Shown here piece by piece: positions 20,161-30,325 of a stretch of DNA of 64,000 nt. Location of the stretch: contig JBAZWC010000001.1 of assembly GCA_041660565.1 (NCBI GenBank), positions 238,481 through 302,480 of the forward strand. Reading direction: 5' to 3'. This stretch comes from Patescibacteria group bacterium (lineage in GTDB: Bacteria; Patescibacteriota; UBA1384; CAJBMM01). The position numbers and the translations under genes are program-made. Positions within the stretch are counted from its first letter, which is position 1. Every line of letters starts with the position of its first letter. A model generated the notes under the pieces. That model worked only from the letters and a program-made list of their open reading frames with translations, searched no databases and had not been told where the DNA came from.

Positions 20161-20573
20161 TTTTTACTCGACTTTTTGGTTTTAGGTTTTTCTTCAACAA
20201 CTTCTTCTTTTACAGTTTCAGTTTTTGCTACAACCGGCTTTGCTAGCTCTAATTTAGCAATCGGAGCAGCATCACCCAAGCGGCTACCGAGTTTGGTCAT
20301 TTTGACCATTCCACCGGTAACATTTTTAAACTGCGCATTGTAAACTTCAAAAATTTTACTGACAGCCATGTCGTCGAACAAGAATTGTTTGGCGCGGCGA
20401 CGTGCGGCCAATGTTCCAGATTTACAATCAGATAAAATTGAATCAACTTCTGCTTTAACTAATTTACCTTTAGGCACAGTCGTAACTATCGCTTCGTGTA
20501 AGATTAACGAGGTGCACAAGTTGCGAATTAAATGATCGCGATTAGCTTTTTTACGACTGAGTTTTCCTGGCAT
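20157..20573 (-). CDS. rplQ: 50S ribosomal protein L17
   Basis: KLSR...RNL..SLI.HE.I.TT...R.GD.A; follows rpoA. Confidence 0.93.
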   Translation of the reverse strand: MPGKLSRKKANRDHLIRNLCTSLILHEAIVTTVPKGKLVKAEVDSILSDCKSGTLAARRRAKQFLFDDMAVSKIFEVYNAQFKNVTGGMVKMTKLGSRLGDAAPIAKLELAKPVVAKTETVKEEVVEEKPKTKKSSKK

Positions 20574-21466
20574 TATTGCTCCCTAACTGCCACGATTTCG
20601 GTGATGGCTTTGGCGCCTAATCCACCAATTTGTGACAGAACATCTAAATCAGCATTTTTAATTGATTCAAGTGTGTTATAACCATTTTCGATCAATACTT
20701 TGATGGTGCGAGCTGACAAACCGGAGTCGGCCAAATCAGATTCTTCTGCATTGGCTTCGGCTACAGCTGGAGCTGCTTTTGCATCACCAAATGTGGCTAG
20801 CAAGTTGAACTGATCAACTAATATCGCAGATGATTCTTTGAACGCGTCTTTAGGCGAAACCGAACCGTCGGTGGTGATAGTTAAGGTTAACAAATCGTAG
20901 TTAGTCATTTTACCAACACGAGTGTTTTCAACTTCAATGCTGACTGCTTCAACTGGATTAAACAAACTATCAATTGCAATTCTACCAAGTTCTTTGGTGG
21001 ATGCTTCGCGTTTTTCCACTACATCGTAACCGCGTCCAAATTCAACAGTGGCTTCAAGATGTAAGCTAGATTTGGCGCTTAATGTGGCAATAAACTGGTC
21101 TGGGTTAACCACAGTGACGGAGCTAGAGGCCTTAAAGTCTTTAGCGGTCACTTTTCCCGGGCCTTTGGCATCAAGTGTGATAACCACTGGTTGGTCGGTT
21201 TGGTGTAGAGTAACACGCACTAATTTTAGATTTAAAATTAGCTCAACCACATCTTCTTTTACACCTTCTACGGTGGTAAATTCATGCGAAACGCCATCAA
21301 TTTTAACTGATGTAATAGCAGCGCCAGGCAAAGATGACAATAAAACGCGTCGTAAGCTATTTCCTAGTGTTTGGCCGAATCCTGGAAATAGCGGATTAAT
21401 CTTAAAGACGCTCTTTTTAGCGTTAATAACTTCTTCTGTGACTTCGGGTAAGATAATTTGATCCAT
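20573..21466 (-). CDS. rpoA: RNA polymerase alpha subunit
   Basis: GFGQTLGNSLRRVLLSSLPG and HEFTTVEGVKED. Confidence 0.97.
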   Translation of the reverse strand: MDQIILPEVTEEVINAKKSVFKINPLFPGFGQTLGNSLRRVLLSSLPGAAITSVKIDGVSHEFTTVEGVKEDVVELILNLKLVRVTLHQTDQPVVITLDAKGPGKVTAKDFKASSSVTVVNPDQFIATLSAKSSLHLEATVEFGRGYDVVEKREASTKELGRIAIDSLFNPVEAVSIEVENTRVGKMTNYDLLTLTITTDGSVSPKDAFKESSAILVDQFNLLATFGDAKAAPAVAEANAEESDLADSGLSARTIKVLIENGYNTLESIKNADLDVLSQIGGLGAKAITEIVAVREQ

Positions 21467-21487
21467 AATGTCCTTTCCTTCTCCTTA

Positions 21488-22081
21488 TTATCGAGAATAA
21501 TACTCGACAATCAACTGTTCGTTGATATCTTGATCGCTATGAGCACGCTCTGGTTCGCTCACCACTGATCCATTTTTCGTCTTTTTGTTGTAGCTTAACC
21601 ATGATGGGATTGTATCGACAGACTCTTCATTTACCGGTTCAAACTTTTTGTTAAGGGTAATTTTATCACCCGCAGATACTTGATAAGACGGGATGTTTAC
21701 GGTCTGATCGTTTACCTTAAAGAATTTATGCGATACCAGCTGTCTGGCGTGAGCGCGAGTGGAAGCGTATCCCAATCGATAAACAACGTTATCCAATCTT
21801 TTTTCCAGCAAACGAAGCATCAATTCCGCGGTGTTGGCAGATGATTTGGCGGCTTTTGCATAGTAAAGTTTAAACTGTCCTTCATTAATACCATACAAAC
21901 GTCTAACTTTTTGCTTTTCTTGCAACTGACGTGAGTATTCTGAGCCATATTTTGAAGCAGCAGAAATGGCAGCAGAAACTGATACTAATGACGGGTTTTT
22001 AGACTTAATACTTTTTTCACGCAAAAATAATCTTTGTGCAGATTTACGGTAACGTGGACTGGTTGGTTGTTTACTTGGCAT
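21488..22081 (-). CDS. rpsD: 30S ribosomal protein S4
   Basis: QLQEKQK, LEKRLDNVVYRLG and EQLIVEYYSR; divergent N-terminus. Confidence 0.95.
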   Translation of the reverse strand: MPSKQPTSPRYRKSAQRLFLREKSIKSKNPSLVSVSAAISAASKYGSEYSRQLQEKQKVRRLYGINEGQFKLYYAKAAKSSANTAELMLRLLEKRLDNVVYRLGYASTRAHARQLVSHKFFKVNDQTVNIPSYQVSAGDKITLNKKFEPVNEESVDTIPSWLSYNKKTKNGSVVSEPERAHSDQDINEQLIVEYYSR

Positions 22082-22104
22082 TATGTACTCTCATTAATCT
22101 TAAT

Positions 22105-22503
22105 TTATACTCGTCGTGGCTTTTTGGCCCGAACGCCGTTATGAGCAATTGGAGTAAGGTCTTTAATAGCTACGATGTCAATTCCAGAGTTACCAAGGGC
22201 GCGAATAGCTGACTCTCTGCCGGTACCAACGCCGGAAATGTGAACAGATGCCTCAACCATACTCATCGCTTTAACCCGATCTAACACGGCAAGCATAGCG
22301 GTTTGGGCGGCGTATGGAGTAGATTTTCGTGCTCCCTTAAACCCAGCAGATCCGGCAGTAGCCCAAGCTAAAACGTTACCAGATGTATCTGAAACCGAAA
22401 TAATAGTGTTATTAAAAGTAGATTGGATCGAAATAATTCCTTTAGGAACGACTTTTCGAACTTTACTTTTCTTGACAACTTTTTTGGTGGAATTTGTGGC
22501 CAT
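22105..22503 (-). CDS. rpsK: 30S ribosomal protein S11
   Basis: STFNNTI, RKSTPYAAQ and PIAHNG. Confidence 0.97.
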   Translation of the reverse strand: MATNSTKKVVKKSKVRKVVPKGIISIQSTFNNTIISVSDTSGNVLAWATAGSAGFKGARKSTPYAAQTAMLAVLDRVKAMSMVEASVHISGVGTGRESAIRALGNSGIDIVAIKDLTPIAHNGVRAKKPRRV

Positions 22504-22524
22504 AATTTTCTCTGTTTCTTAATT

Positions 22525-22911
22525 TTAGGTTTTTTGAGCGGTAGGTTTGCGACCAGATCCAACAGTCACCTTTTTACCACGTTTGCTTCTGGCGTTGGTT
22601 TTGGTGCGCTGACCCCGAACTGGTAGTGATTTGGCATGTCTGGTGCCACGATACGCCCCAATTTCTTTTAAGCGCTTAATATTCTGCTGAATTTCTTGAC
22701 GTAAATCACCTTCAACTTTGATGGTTTTATCAATAATTTGGCGAATACGTTCAATATCTGCTTCAGAAAGCTCGCTCATTTTTGGATTGTCAGTAATTTT
22801 AGCTTGAGTCAGTACCTTTTTAACATTTGAAGGACCAACACCAAAAATATAACTTAAACCAATTTCAGCGCGCTTGTTATCTGGGATATTAATTCCAGCA
22901 ATTCTAGCCAT
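22525..22911 (-). CDS. rpsM: 30S ribosomal protein S13
   Basis: Start at MARIAG; LPVRGQRTKTNAR. Confidence 0.97.
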   Translation of the reverse strand: MARIAGINIPDNKRAEIGLSYIFGVGPSNVKKVLTQAKITDNPKMSELSEADIERIRQIIDKTIKVEGDLRQEIQQNIKRLKEIGAYRGTRHAKSLPVRGQRTKTNARSKRGKKVTVGSGRKPTAQKT

Positions 22912-22918
22912 AATTCTC

Positions 22919-23032
22919 CTAGCCCTGTCTCTGTTTATGTTTTGGATTTGTGCACAGAACACGAACAACACCGCAACGTCTAATAATACGGCAATTTTGG
23001 CACATAACTTTTACTGATGATCTAACTTTCAC
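22919..23032 (-). CDS. rpmJ: 50S ribosomal protein L36 (missing from the ORF track)
   Basis: GTG start overlaps the infA stop; [37 protein letters not shown]. Confidence 0.95.
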   Translation of the reverse strand: MKVRSSVKVMCQNCRIIRRCGVVRVLCTNPKHKQRQG

Positions 23033-23349
23033 TTTACTTCCTCGTTGTCTTTAACACTTTCATCTATGGTTTCGATAGGTTTAGCGACCACCGGTTCTTC
23101 TACTACGGGTTCAGGAACGTTTTTGTTTATCGGTAAACGGCGGATAATCCGACCTTTAGATAAATCGTACACGCTCATTTCAATTAAAACGCGGTCACCG
23201 GGCAAAATTTTGATAAAATTAACCCGCATTTTGCCAGATAAATGACAAAAAATAACCTGTCCACCATCTAGAATCACTCTAAAAGTGGCGTTTGGTAAAG
23301 ACTCTTCTACCAAACCTTCAACTTCAATTACGTTTTCCTTTGAACTCAA
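23029..23349 (-). CDS. infA: Translation initiation factor IF-1 with a ~30-aa acidic/Pro C-terminal extension
   Basis: E.LPNA.F.V, HLSGKMR, ILPGD.V and YDLSKGRI. Confidence 0.95.
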   Translation of the reverse strand: MSSKENVIEVEGLVEESLPNATFRVILDGGQVIFCHLSGKMRVNFIKILPGDRVLIEMSVYDLSKGRIIRRLPINKNVPEPVVEEPVVAKPIETIDESVKDNEEVK

Positions 23350-23379
23350 GTGTGGTTGTCCTTAATACTAACTAATAAA

Positions 23380-23408
23380 ATATTAACATATTCATTGCGA
23401 TTATGCAA
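23380..23408 (-). promoter_or_regulatory. Sigma70-type promoter for infA-rpmJ-alpha operon
   Basis: TTGCAT-17nt-TAATAT. Confidence 0.55.
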
Positions 23409-23439
23409 GACTTTTGTCAGTGTAAACGTCACGAGCATT

Positions 23440-23469
23440 GTAGGGGCGGACTCGAATGTCCGTCCGCCC
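23440..23469 (+). repeat. GTAG-type REP-like hairpin
   Basis: GTAG followed by GGGCGGAC...GTCCGCCC. Confidence 0.55.
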
Positions 23470-23510
23470 GACACTTTGTGAAGAAATGATGTGGAATATA
23501 TTTCTATATA

Positions 23511-23535
23511 GATTCCGGATCAAGCCCGGAATGAC
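23511..23535 (-). repeat. REP (GTCATTCC family)
   Basis: GATTCCGGATCAAGCCCGGAATGAC. Confidence 0.9.
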
Positions 23536-23541
23536 AGATCG

Positions 23542-24324
23542 TCATATTAATGTTAAGATCTCGCAGCCGTTCTCGGTCACGACAACGGTGTGTTCAAAGT
23601 GTGCTGCCCACGATTGATCACGAGTACGCACTGTCCAGCCATCATTATCCTGTTTTACATGCCAATCTCTCATTGTCAGCATCGGCTCAATAGCAATAGT
23701 ATCGCCGGTATGCAATACATCACCGCTACCAGCATTACCGAAATTAGGTACGTTCGGCTTTTGGTGAATTGCCTCCCCTACCCCGTGTCCAACCAAATCA
23801 CGCACCACCCCAAAATGGTTTTCTTCTGCGTAATTTTGAATAAAGTGACCGATATCACCGGTAGTAACGCCGTTTTTGATCGTGTTTATCGCTTTTGATA
23901 AAGAATAATAGGTTACATACAAAAGCCGTTCACTTTCGTATAATTTTAAATTCTTATCAATTTTATCGTCATAGATGTCTCTTAACGTTTTACAGCCAGT
24001 TTCGGTTGCAATGACCGTTACAGCGGCATCGGTAAAATAGCCTTGATATTCCACTCCCAAATCCAAACTGACTAGATCGCCGGTTTTAATTGGAACGTTG
24101 TCTGGTATGCCGTGCACCACTTCGTCGTTTACCGAAACGCACAAACTAGCCGGATATCCTTCATATCCTTTAAACGCCGGCTTGCCTCCCGCTTTAACGA
24201 TTTCTGACTCCGCATATTTATCCAGTTCGATTCCGGTTATGCCGGCTCGTACTTGATGAGCGGTTTCATCCAAAACTCGGGCGAGGATTTTTCCGCCCAA
24301 ACGCATCGCTTCAATTTTGGTCAT
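23542..24324 (-). CDS. map: Methionine aminopeptidase type I
   Basis: CVSVNDEVVHGIP, GHGVG, AIEPM and AAHFEHT. Confidence 0.96.
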   Translation of the reverse strand: MTKIEAMRLGGKILARVLDETAHQVRAGITGIELDKYAESEIVKAGGKPAFKGYEGYPASLCVSVNDEVVHGIPDNVPIKTGDLVSLDLGVEYQGYFTDAAVTVIATETGCKTLRDIYDDKIDKNLKLYESERLLYVTYYSLSKAINTIKNGVTTGDIGHFIQNYAEENHFGVVRDLVGHGVGEAIHQKPNVPNFGNAGSGDVLHTGDTIAIEPMLTMRDWHVKQDNDGWTVRTRDQSWAAHFEHTVVVTENGCEILTLI

Positions 24325-25001
24325 TTTAGCTTCTCAATTAATGCGGTTTTAACAGAATCAGCAACGATTTCGATTTCTGGTTTGGCGTCTACATTTATCA
24401 AGCAGTCAATCTCATCAAAGTATCTGATAACCGGGTCGGTTTCGTGATGAAATTGGGCCAACCGTTGCTTAATGGCGGATTCATTGTCATCAGATCGTTT
24501 TACCAATTTTCCACCACAATGTGTGCATCTGTTTAGCAGTTTGTAAAAATATTCTTGTGCATTTCTGACCACGTGTTTAGGATAAACAATGTCACCACAT
24601 TTTGAACAAATTAATCTCATTTCTAATCGTTTAATACTCTCAGTATCTTTTAGTTGTAAGTTTATTACAACTAATGGGTGATTATATTTTTTGAGCTGAG
24701 CAAACAAATGCTTAGCTTGTGGCAGCGTTCGGGGATATCCATCAAATAGCATGCCACGACCAAAGTGCTTGGAAATTTGATGATTCACTTCGTCGTTTAA
24801 TATCTCGTCAGGTAGTAAAATACCTTTGTTAATTAGATCTCGCGCCAAAATACCGGCGTGATTATTGTGTTTGGCGATTGCGCGGGAGATATCACCACCG
24901 GATATGACCGACAAATGATAACGTTTCTTTAATATGGCCGCTTGCGTGCCTTTGCCGCTTCCCTGCGGACCGATTAGTATAATATTAAATGATTTTGCGA
25001 T
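24321..25001 (-). CDS. adk: Adenylate kinase (Zn-LID), probable ATC start
   Basis: The frame extends upstream of the listed ORF to NIILIGPQGSGKGTQ; also DGYPR, CxxC..CxxC LID and RSDD. Confidence 0.9.
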   Translation of the reverse strand: MAKSFNIILIGPQGSGKGTQAAILKKRYHLSVISGGDISRAIAKHNNHAGILARDLINKGILLPDEILNDEVNHQISKHFGRGMLFDGYPRTLPQAKHLFAQLKKYNHPLVVINLQLKDTESIKRLEMRLICSKCGDIVYPKHVVRNAQEYFYKLLNRCTHCGGKLVKRSDDNESAIKQRLAQFHHETDPVIRYFDEIDCLINVDAKPEIEIVADSVKTALIEKLK

Positions 25002-25102
25002 GTTAACCTCTCGCTCTCATTCTAGCACAAACTAGCTGATCTGGATATAAATAAAAATTTCCATCATTTCAAATTGTAAATTTCAAATTTCAAATTTTGT
25101 GT

Positions 25103-25756
25103 CTAATAAGCTACTGTCACTGGCGTCCACACTGTCTTCTCGCCCTTATTTGGCTGATACGCGTGTAGTGTAACGGTATGAAGCTTGCCTAGGTGCGTTA
25201 CCTCTACCACCGCCACACCGGTAGAGATATCTTTACTCTTAAGAACGTACAAATCATTTGATGAAAAACTGTACTTTGCCAGTAGCGGAGACTGTTCTAC
25301 TACCATCACCGGGTTTAGGCGATACGCCAACTGTCCGGTGCCCGCATCGGCATATTGCTGCGCAGAGGCCAAACCGTCTGTTTCTTCCTGGGTAGATCTA
25401 ACAGTGTCAGTTGTAGCCTGAACGGTGGCGTTTTCGTTTGCGGTCGGAATTTTTAATTTATCCCCTACTTTTAATACCGAAGTTTCTTCCAACCCGTTAA
25501 TTTTAGCTAACACCGTCCATTGAATGTTGTATTGTTTGCCAATAGTGTAAAGAGAATCACCTTGTTTTACGGTGTAGATCTCGTTCACGTCTGTGGGCGT
25601 GGGGGTGGCACTTGGTACAGGAGTCGAAGTTGCGTTTGTTGATATGGCCGACGCCGATGACGTGCGGTGGGTCAAATTTTTGTATATCAAAAACGCACTA
25701 CCGATAATTAATATCAAATAGACCAAAATCAATCGTTTTGATAATCGATGGACCAT
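25103..25756 (-). CDS. Membrane-anchored LysM-domain protein
   Basis: N-terminal TM; YTVKQGDSL..I...Y......LAKINGL....LKVGDKLKIP; TTGAGT-17-CATACT lies 6 nt before the ATG. Confidence 0.88.
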   Translation of the reverse strand: MVHRLSKRLILVYLILIIGSAFLIYKNLTHRTSSASAISTNATSTPVPSATPTPTDVNEIYTVKQGDSLYTIGKQYNIQWTVLAKINGLEETSVLKVGDKLKIPTANENATVQATTDTVRSTQEETDGLASAQQYADAGTGQLAYRLNPVMVVEQSPLLAKYSFSSNDLYVLKSKDISTGVAVVEVTHLGKLHTVTLHAYQPNKGEKTVWTPVTVAY

Positions 25757-25912
25757 ATAGTTAGTATGAGAGAACATTGCTAAAAACTCAAGATCGCATC
25801 GTCAACTCTAACGAATACGAGAGATCCTGTATCGTTCAGTAACTTGGGGATCTCTCGCCGTTCGACGCCGCTCATGGTGTCGGGTGGAGCGCCCACGTCA
25901 GTTATCTAAATA

Positions 25913-25937
25913 GATTCCGGGTCAAGCCCGGAATGAC
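25913..25937 (-). repeat. REP (GTCATTCC family)
   Basis: GATTCCGGGTCAAGCCCGGAATGAC. Confidence 0.9.
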
Positions 25938-26031
25938 AGCTTCTAAAAAATCATTTCAAATTTCAAATTGTAAATTAGATGCTTCGCATCGAAATCACTC
26001 ACACAGTGCTCGTGATTATCAAATTGGTACT

Positions 26032-27327
26032 TTAGTACTTATCGTAACTAGTCATTACCAATTGCGCATCAATTTGGCGCATGGTTTCAATTACAACCGA
26101 AACGACGATTAAAATGCCGGTGCCACCCAGAATCAAAGTCTGGTCACCAGTCATCAGCGGTACAATTACCGGCAAAACAGCCACTAGCCCTAAGAATATT
26201 GAGCCAACAAATGTTACTCTGGAGACAATTTTACCAATATAGGCGGCCGTTTCTCCGCCCGGGCGAATTCCGGGAATAAACCCAGACTGTTTTTGCAGAT
26301 TTTCGGCAATTTGTTTTGGGTTAAAGATAATAGACGTATAGAAAAATGTAAAGACAATCACCAGCACAAAGTACAAAATCCCATAAAGCGTGGGGTTACC
26401 GGTTGATGATATGTTGGCAGTGATCCAGCCTGCCGCTTCTCTCACCCATTCGGTTTTAGCGTTACCAAAAAATTGCCCAATAATTTGAGGAAACATAAGC
26501 ATAGAGATAGCAAAGATGATTGGAATAACTCCAGCGGTGTTAACCTTGATCGGTAGAAACGAATTTACCGAATCATTGCTTGTGCCCTGCAATCGCCTAG
26601 CATATGTTACCGGAATTTTGCGCAATGCATCATTCATTAATACAATCACCGCAATTAGTATCAGCGACGCCAAAATAAATGCGGCAAAACTAAATAATTC
26701 TTTCATATCAATAGAACCACCCGCCACTACCAAGCTGTATTTTTGATAAAAAGTGTTTGGGATGGACGATAAAATACCGATCGTGATGATTAAAGAAATT
26801 CCGTTTCCAACGCCGTTTTCCGAGATTATCTCGCCTAGCCACATTAATAAAATGGTCCCGGCGGTAGAAACGATTAGCATTTCCAATAGCTGCGGCGTGT
26901 TCCAGCCGGAAATAATTCCTTCGCTACGCAACAGTATAAGCGTGGCGTATCCTTGGATAACTGCCAGCGGAATTGTCAGGTATCGAGTGTATTGATTGAT
27001 GCGCTGTCGTCCATAGTCGCCTTCTTTTTGCAGCGCTTCAAGTGAAGGTACAATAATGGTCATTAATTGGATAATGATCGATGCGGTAATGTATGGTCCA
27101 ACTCCCATCAAAATAATGGAGAATTTAGATAATGAACCACCGGAAAAAATATCCAGCAAGCCAAATGCCGAATTAGAATTGTTGCTAAAAAAGTTACGTA
27201 AGCTATCAGTAGAGACCGCAGATAGCGGGACATGAACCAATAATCGGGTAAGAAATAGCAAACCAAGCGTAATTAAGATGCGGCGTCGCAGTTCTGAGTT
27301 CTTAAATAGTCTGGTAAAATAATTCAT
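26032..27327 (-). CDS. secY: Preprotein translocase SecY
   Basis: GVGPYITASII, GVGNGISL, GVIPIIFA and IPGIRPG. Confidence 0.98.
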   Translation of the reverse strand: MNYFTRLFKNSELRRRILITLGLLFLTRLLVHVPLSAVSTDSLRNFFSNNSNSAFGLLDIFSGGSLSKFSIILMGVGPYITASIIIQLMTIIVPSLEALQKEGDYGRQRINQYTRYLTIPLAVIQGYATLILLRSEGIISGWNTPQLLEMLIVSTAGTILLMWLGEIISENGVGNGISLIITIGILSSIPNTFYQKYSLVVAGGSIDMKELFSFAAFILASLILIAVIVLMNDALRKIPVTYARRLQGTSNDSVNSFLPIKVNTAGVIPIIFAISMLMFPQIIGQFFGNAKTEWVREAAGWITANISSTGNPTLYGILYFVLVIVFTFFYTSIIFNPKQIAENLQKQSGFIPGIRPGGETAAYIGKIVSRVTFVGSIFLGLVAVLPVIVPLMTGDQTLILGGTGILIVVSVVIETMRQIDAQLVMTSYDKY

Positions 27328-27373
27328 TCGATCCTTATGCTATAAGATATAACATGACCCACCCCAACGGATG

Positions 27374-27796
27374 CTATGAAGTTTTGTTTAGATCCAATCC
27401 GAGTTTTTTTGTAAGTATAATGCCATCATCAAATTTAAATTTCTTTGTGAAACTACTTACACCAATAATTTTAGCACGTTTGTTAGCAGCTTTTATCAAT
27501 TTGCTTTCGAAAAGCATGGTAGGAGTAATTTCGGCACCATCTTTAAACATCCGCTCAAGCGCAATATAAGATACAACTTGTGGCTTTTGAATATGACTTT
27601 TGGTTCCGTGGATTTTTGGCAAGCGCTGCATTAACGATGATTGTCCACCTTCAAATCTACGTGGAATGTTATATCCCGAGCGAGATTTTTGACCTTTTGT
27701 ACCACGTCCGGCGGTTTTACCTTGCCCGGCGGAAATACCGCGGCCAACTCGAGATTTTTTAGTTGCGGTTTTAGATAGTTGATGCAGTTCAGTCAT
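27374..27796 (-). CDS. rplO: 50S ribosomal protein L15
   Basis: RVGRG...GKTAGRG.KGQKSR...FEGGQ. Confidence 0.96.
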   Translation of the reverse strand: MTELHQLSKTATKKSRVGRGISAGQGKTAGRGTKGQKSRSGYNIPRRFEGGQSSLMQRLPKIHGTKSHIQKPQVVSYIALERMFKDGAEITPTMLFESKLIKAANKRAKIIGVSSFTKKFKFDDGIILTKKLGLDLNKTS

Positions 27797-28271
27797 TGGA
27801 AACCTCTTTCTTAACCGAAGTGGTCTTTAACTGTTTCAAAGCTTCAAAAGTAGCGGCCACAACATTGATGGCGTTACTTGAGCCAAGAGATTTACTTAAA
27901 ATGTTGCTAATTCCGGCCATTTCAATAACTGATCGAACCGCGCCACCGGCAATAACCGACGTTCCTTTTCCGGCTGGTTTTAACATTACAATAGCACCGG
28001 TGTGTTTGGCGGTTACTTCGTGCGGAATGGTGTCATTTTTAATTGGCACAGTGATCATATTTTTCTTGGCAGCATGAACCGCTTTTGCCGTAGCTAATGA
28101 CACATCGTCGGATTTACCGATACCAAAGCCAACTCGTCCTTTTTTATCACCAATCACTATCAAGATACGAGAGCGCATGCGTCGGCCACCTTTAACCACA
28201 CGTGAAACGCGGTCGCGGCTTACGACTTTCTCTTCAAACTCTTTGGTTCTGATTTCGGTGTTATTACTCAT
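27789..28271 (-). CDS. rpsE: 30S ribosomal protein S5
   Basis: [17 protein letters not shown] and SKSLGS. Confidence 0.97.
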   Translation of the reverse strand: MSNNTEIRTKEFEEKVVSRDRVSRVVKGGRRMRSRILIVIGDKKGRVGFGIGKSDDVSLATAKAVHAAKKNMITVPIKNDTIPHEVTAKHTGAIVMLKPAGKGTSVIAGGAVRSVIEMAGISNILSKSLGSSNAINVVAATFEALKQLKTTSVKKEVSND

Positions 28272-28278
28272 CTTTCTC

Positions 28279-28614
28279 CTAAAACTCTAATCCGTGGGCT
28301 TTTGCAGATTCTGCAAGCTGTTTGATTCTGCCATGATATTGAAATCCGGAACGATCAAAACGTACTTTTTTGATTTTATTCTTTAATGCCACTTCGGCAA
28401 TCATCTGACCAACCAAATCTGCTCGCTGCGATTTTGATTTCTTTTCGATTTTAACATCACTTGCAGATACACTAGTCTTGCCAATAGAATCATCAATTAC
28501 TTGAGCATAAATGTGCTTGCTAGATTTATATACCGCAAGTCTAGGCTGAGCTTTATCGCCCTTAACCTTTGGGGTAATTCGACGTTTAATTGTGTTTAAT
28601 TTTTGTTTGTCCAT
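28279..28614 (-). CDS. rplR: 50S ribosomal protein L18
   Basis: PRLAV..S.KHIYAQVIDD and FDRSG..YHGR. Confidence 0.96.
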   Translation of the reverse strand: MDKQKLNTIKRRITPKVKGDKAQPRLAVYKSSKHIYAQVIDDSIGKTSVSASDVKIEKKSKSQRADLVGQMIAEVALKNKIKKVRFDRSGFQYHGRIKQLAESAKAHGLEF

Positions 28615-28623
28615 ATTATATCC

Positions 28624-29160
28624 TTATGCTTTCGCCGTTTTGCCGGATTTACGTCTAACTTGTTCACCAACGTAACGGACACCTTTACCCTTGTAAGGCT
28701 CTGGCTTGCGTTTGTCGCGGATTTCAGCGGCCGCTTGGCCTACTTTAACGTTGTCAATTCCGGAAATAGTAATGATGTTTTTGTTTACGGCAAAGCTGAT
28801 ACCATCAACCGGGGTAATGATGATCGGATGTGAATAGCCAAGGCTAAGCGTTAGATCGGCCCCGTTTAAGATAGCTCTGTAGCCTACGCCTTGAATTTCA
28901 AGCTGTTTGGTGAAGCCTTCGCTTACCCCGATAACCATATTGTCAATTAACGTTCTGGTTAACCCATGCAGCGCTCTGGCTGACAACGAATCATCTTTTC
29001 GCGTGACAATGACTTCATTATCTTTAATATCTACAATTGCACCGTCTTTGATCTCTCTAGTGAGCGTCCCTTTGGGTCCGGTTACAGTTAAAATGCTATC
29101 AGCTAATTTAACACTGACGCCTGCAGGAACTTGAATTGATTTTTTACCGATTCTTGACAT
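28624..29160 (-). CDS. rplF: 50S ribosomal protein L6
   Basis: MSRIGK...PEPYKGKGVRY. Confidence 0.97.
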   Translation of the reverse strand: MSRIGKKSIQVPAGVSVKLADSILTVTGPKGTLTREIKDGAIVDIKDNEVIVTRKDDSLSARALHGLTRTLIDNMVIGVSEGFTKQLEIQGVGYRAILNGADLTLSLGYSHPIIITPVDGISFAVNKNIITISGIDNVKVGQAAAEIRDKRKPEPYKGKGVRYVGEQVRRKSGKTAKA

Positions 29161-29174
29161 AATTTCTTCCTATC

Positions 29175-29573
29175 TTACCATAGCTCACAAATAACTTCGC
29201 CACCAAGCCCGCGTTTGAACGCTTCTTTGCCGGTTACCACTCCGGATGAGGTGGATAATATGACGCATCCCAATCCGCGTTGTGGGCGTGGAATAGCGGT
29301 TTTATCTACATAAACACGCTGACCAGGCTTGCTAATGCGTCTGATATGCGAAATCTTAGGCAAATTGGCACCATCATAGCTAAGTGATACTGAAAGCTGC
29401 TTATGATTGGTAGGCAATGTATCAACTGAAACTGTTGATAAATAACCTTCTTTTTTCAAGATTTCTGCGATTTCAAAACGCATATTTGAATGCGGACTAT
29501 TAACTACTCGCAATCTGGCGATTGACGCGTTACGGATTCGAGTTAAAAAGTCTGCAATTGGATCTGTTAACAT
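29175..29573 (-). CDS. rpsH: 30S ribosomal protein S8
   Basis: DPIADFLTRIRNA, ISKPG.RVY and GGEV. Confidence 0.97.
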   Translation of the reverse strand: MLTDPIADFLTRIRNASIARLRVVNSPHSNMRFEIAEILKKEGYLSTVSVDTLPTNHKQLSVSLSYDGANLPKISHIRRISKPGQRVYVDKTAIPRPQRGLGCVILSTSSGVVTGKEAFKRGLGGEVICELW

Positions 29574-29582
29574 ATTATTCTC

Positions 29583-29768
29583 CTACCAGCTGGATTTCGT
29601 AATACCAGGAAGCTGTCCTTTATTGGCCAATTCGCGAAAACAAATTCGACAAATTTGAAAATCGCGCATATATGCTCGTGGACGTCCGCATAACTTACAT
29701 CGATGAATGGTTCGACTAGAAAATTTGGGCTTACGGTTGGCTTTAACAATCATTGAACGCTTGGCCAT
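29583..29768 (-). CDS. rpsN: 30S ribosomal protein S14 (zinc-binding type Z)
   Basis: RCKLCGRPR...CRICFRE...PG..KSSW. Confidence 0.96.
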   Translation of the reverse strand: MAKRSMIVKANRKPKFSSRTIHRCKLCGRPRAYMRDFQICRICFRELANKGQLPGITKSSW

Positions 29769-30325
29769 TATTGCTCCTTATGTTCTAGTTTTGTAAACGG
29801 AAATCCGAGCATTTCTAACAATTTGATGCAATCTGCGTCGGTTTTGGCGGTAGTGGTAACGCAGACCTGAACGCCATGGACGCGAGTATTGGTATCGTAT
29901 GGGATTTCAACAAAGACTGTGTTTTCTTTAAAACCAAAGTTGTAGTTGCCATGACCATCAACCGCTTTGCGTGATAATCCTCTAAAGTCACGTAGGCGTG
30001 GAATAGTAATGCTGATTACTTTGTCGATAAAATCGTACATTCGCTCGCCTCTAAGGGTAACTTTCAAACCAACAGCGTTGCCTTCGCGGATCTTAAAAGC
30101 CGAAATAGCTTTTTTGGCGTTGTTGACCACCGGTGATTGACCGGTAATTAGCTTTAAGCTTTTAGAAATTGACTCAACGATAGATTTGTTAGTATGAGCA
30201 TCACCGGCACCAACATTAATGGTTACTTTGGTGATTCTAGGAATTAACTCTACGTTACTTAAACCTAACTCTTTTTTAAGAGCCGGTGCAATTTCGTTGA
30301 TGTATTGTTGTTGTAATCGGTTCAT
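29768..30325 (-). CDS. rplE: 50S ribosomal protein L5
   Basis: ITGQ.P, FKIREG and PR.RDFRG. Confidence 0.97.
   Translation of the reverse strand: MNRLQQQYINEIAPALKKELGLSNVELIPRITKVTINVGAGDAHTNKSIVESISKSLKLITGQSPVVNNAKKAISAFKIREGNAVGLKVTLRGERMYDFIDKVISITIPRLRDFRGLSRKAVDGHGNYNFGFKENTVFVEIPYDTNTRVHGVQVCVTTTAKTDADCIKLLEMLGFPFTKLEHKEQ

Noticed and set aside
25003-25020. MRARG* upstream mini-ORF, or TGA recoding, to explain the adk start
   Set aside because: The ATG overlaps the putative -10 box, and TGA is a normal stop in rplN-adjacent and other genes here (rpsQ, infA, map).
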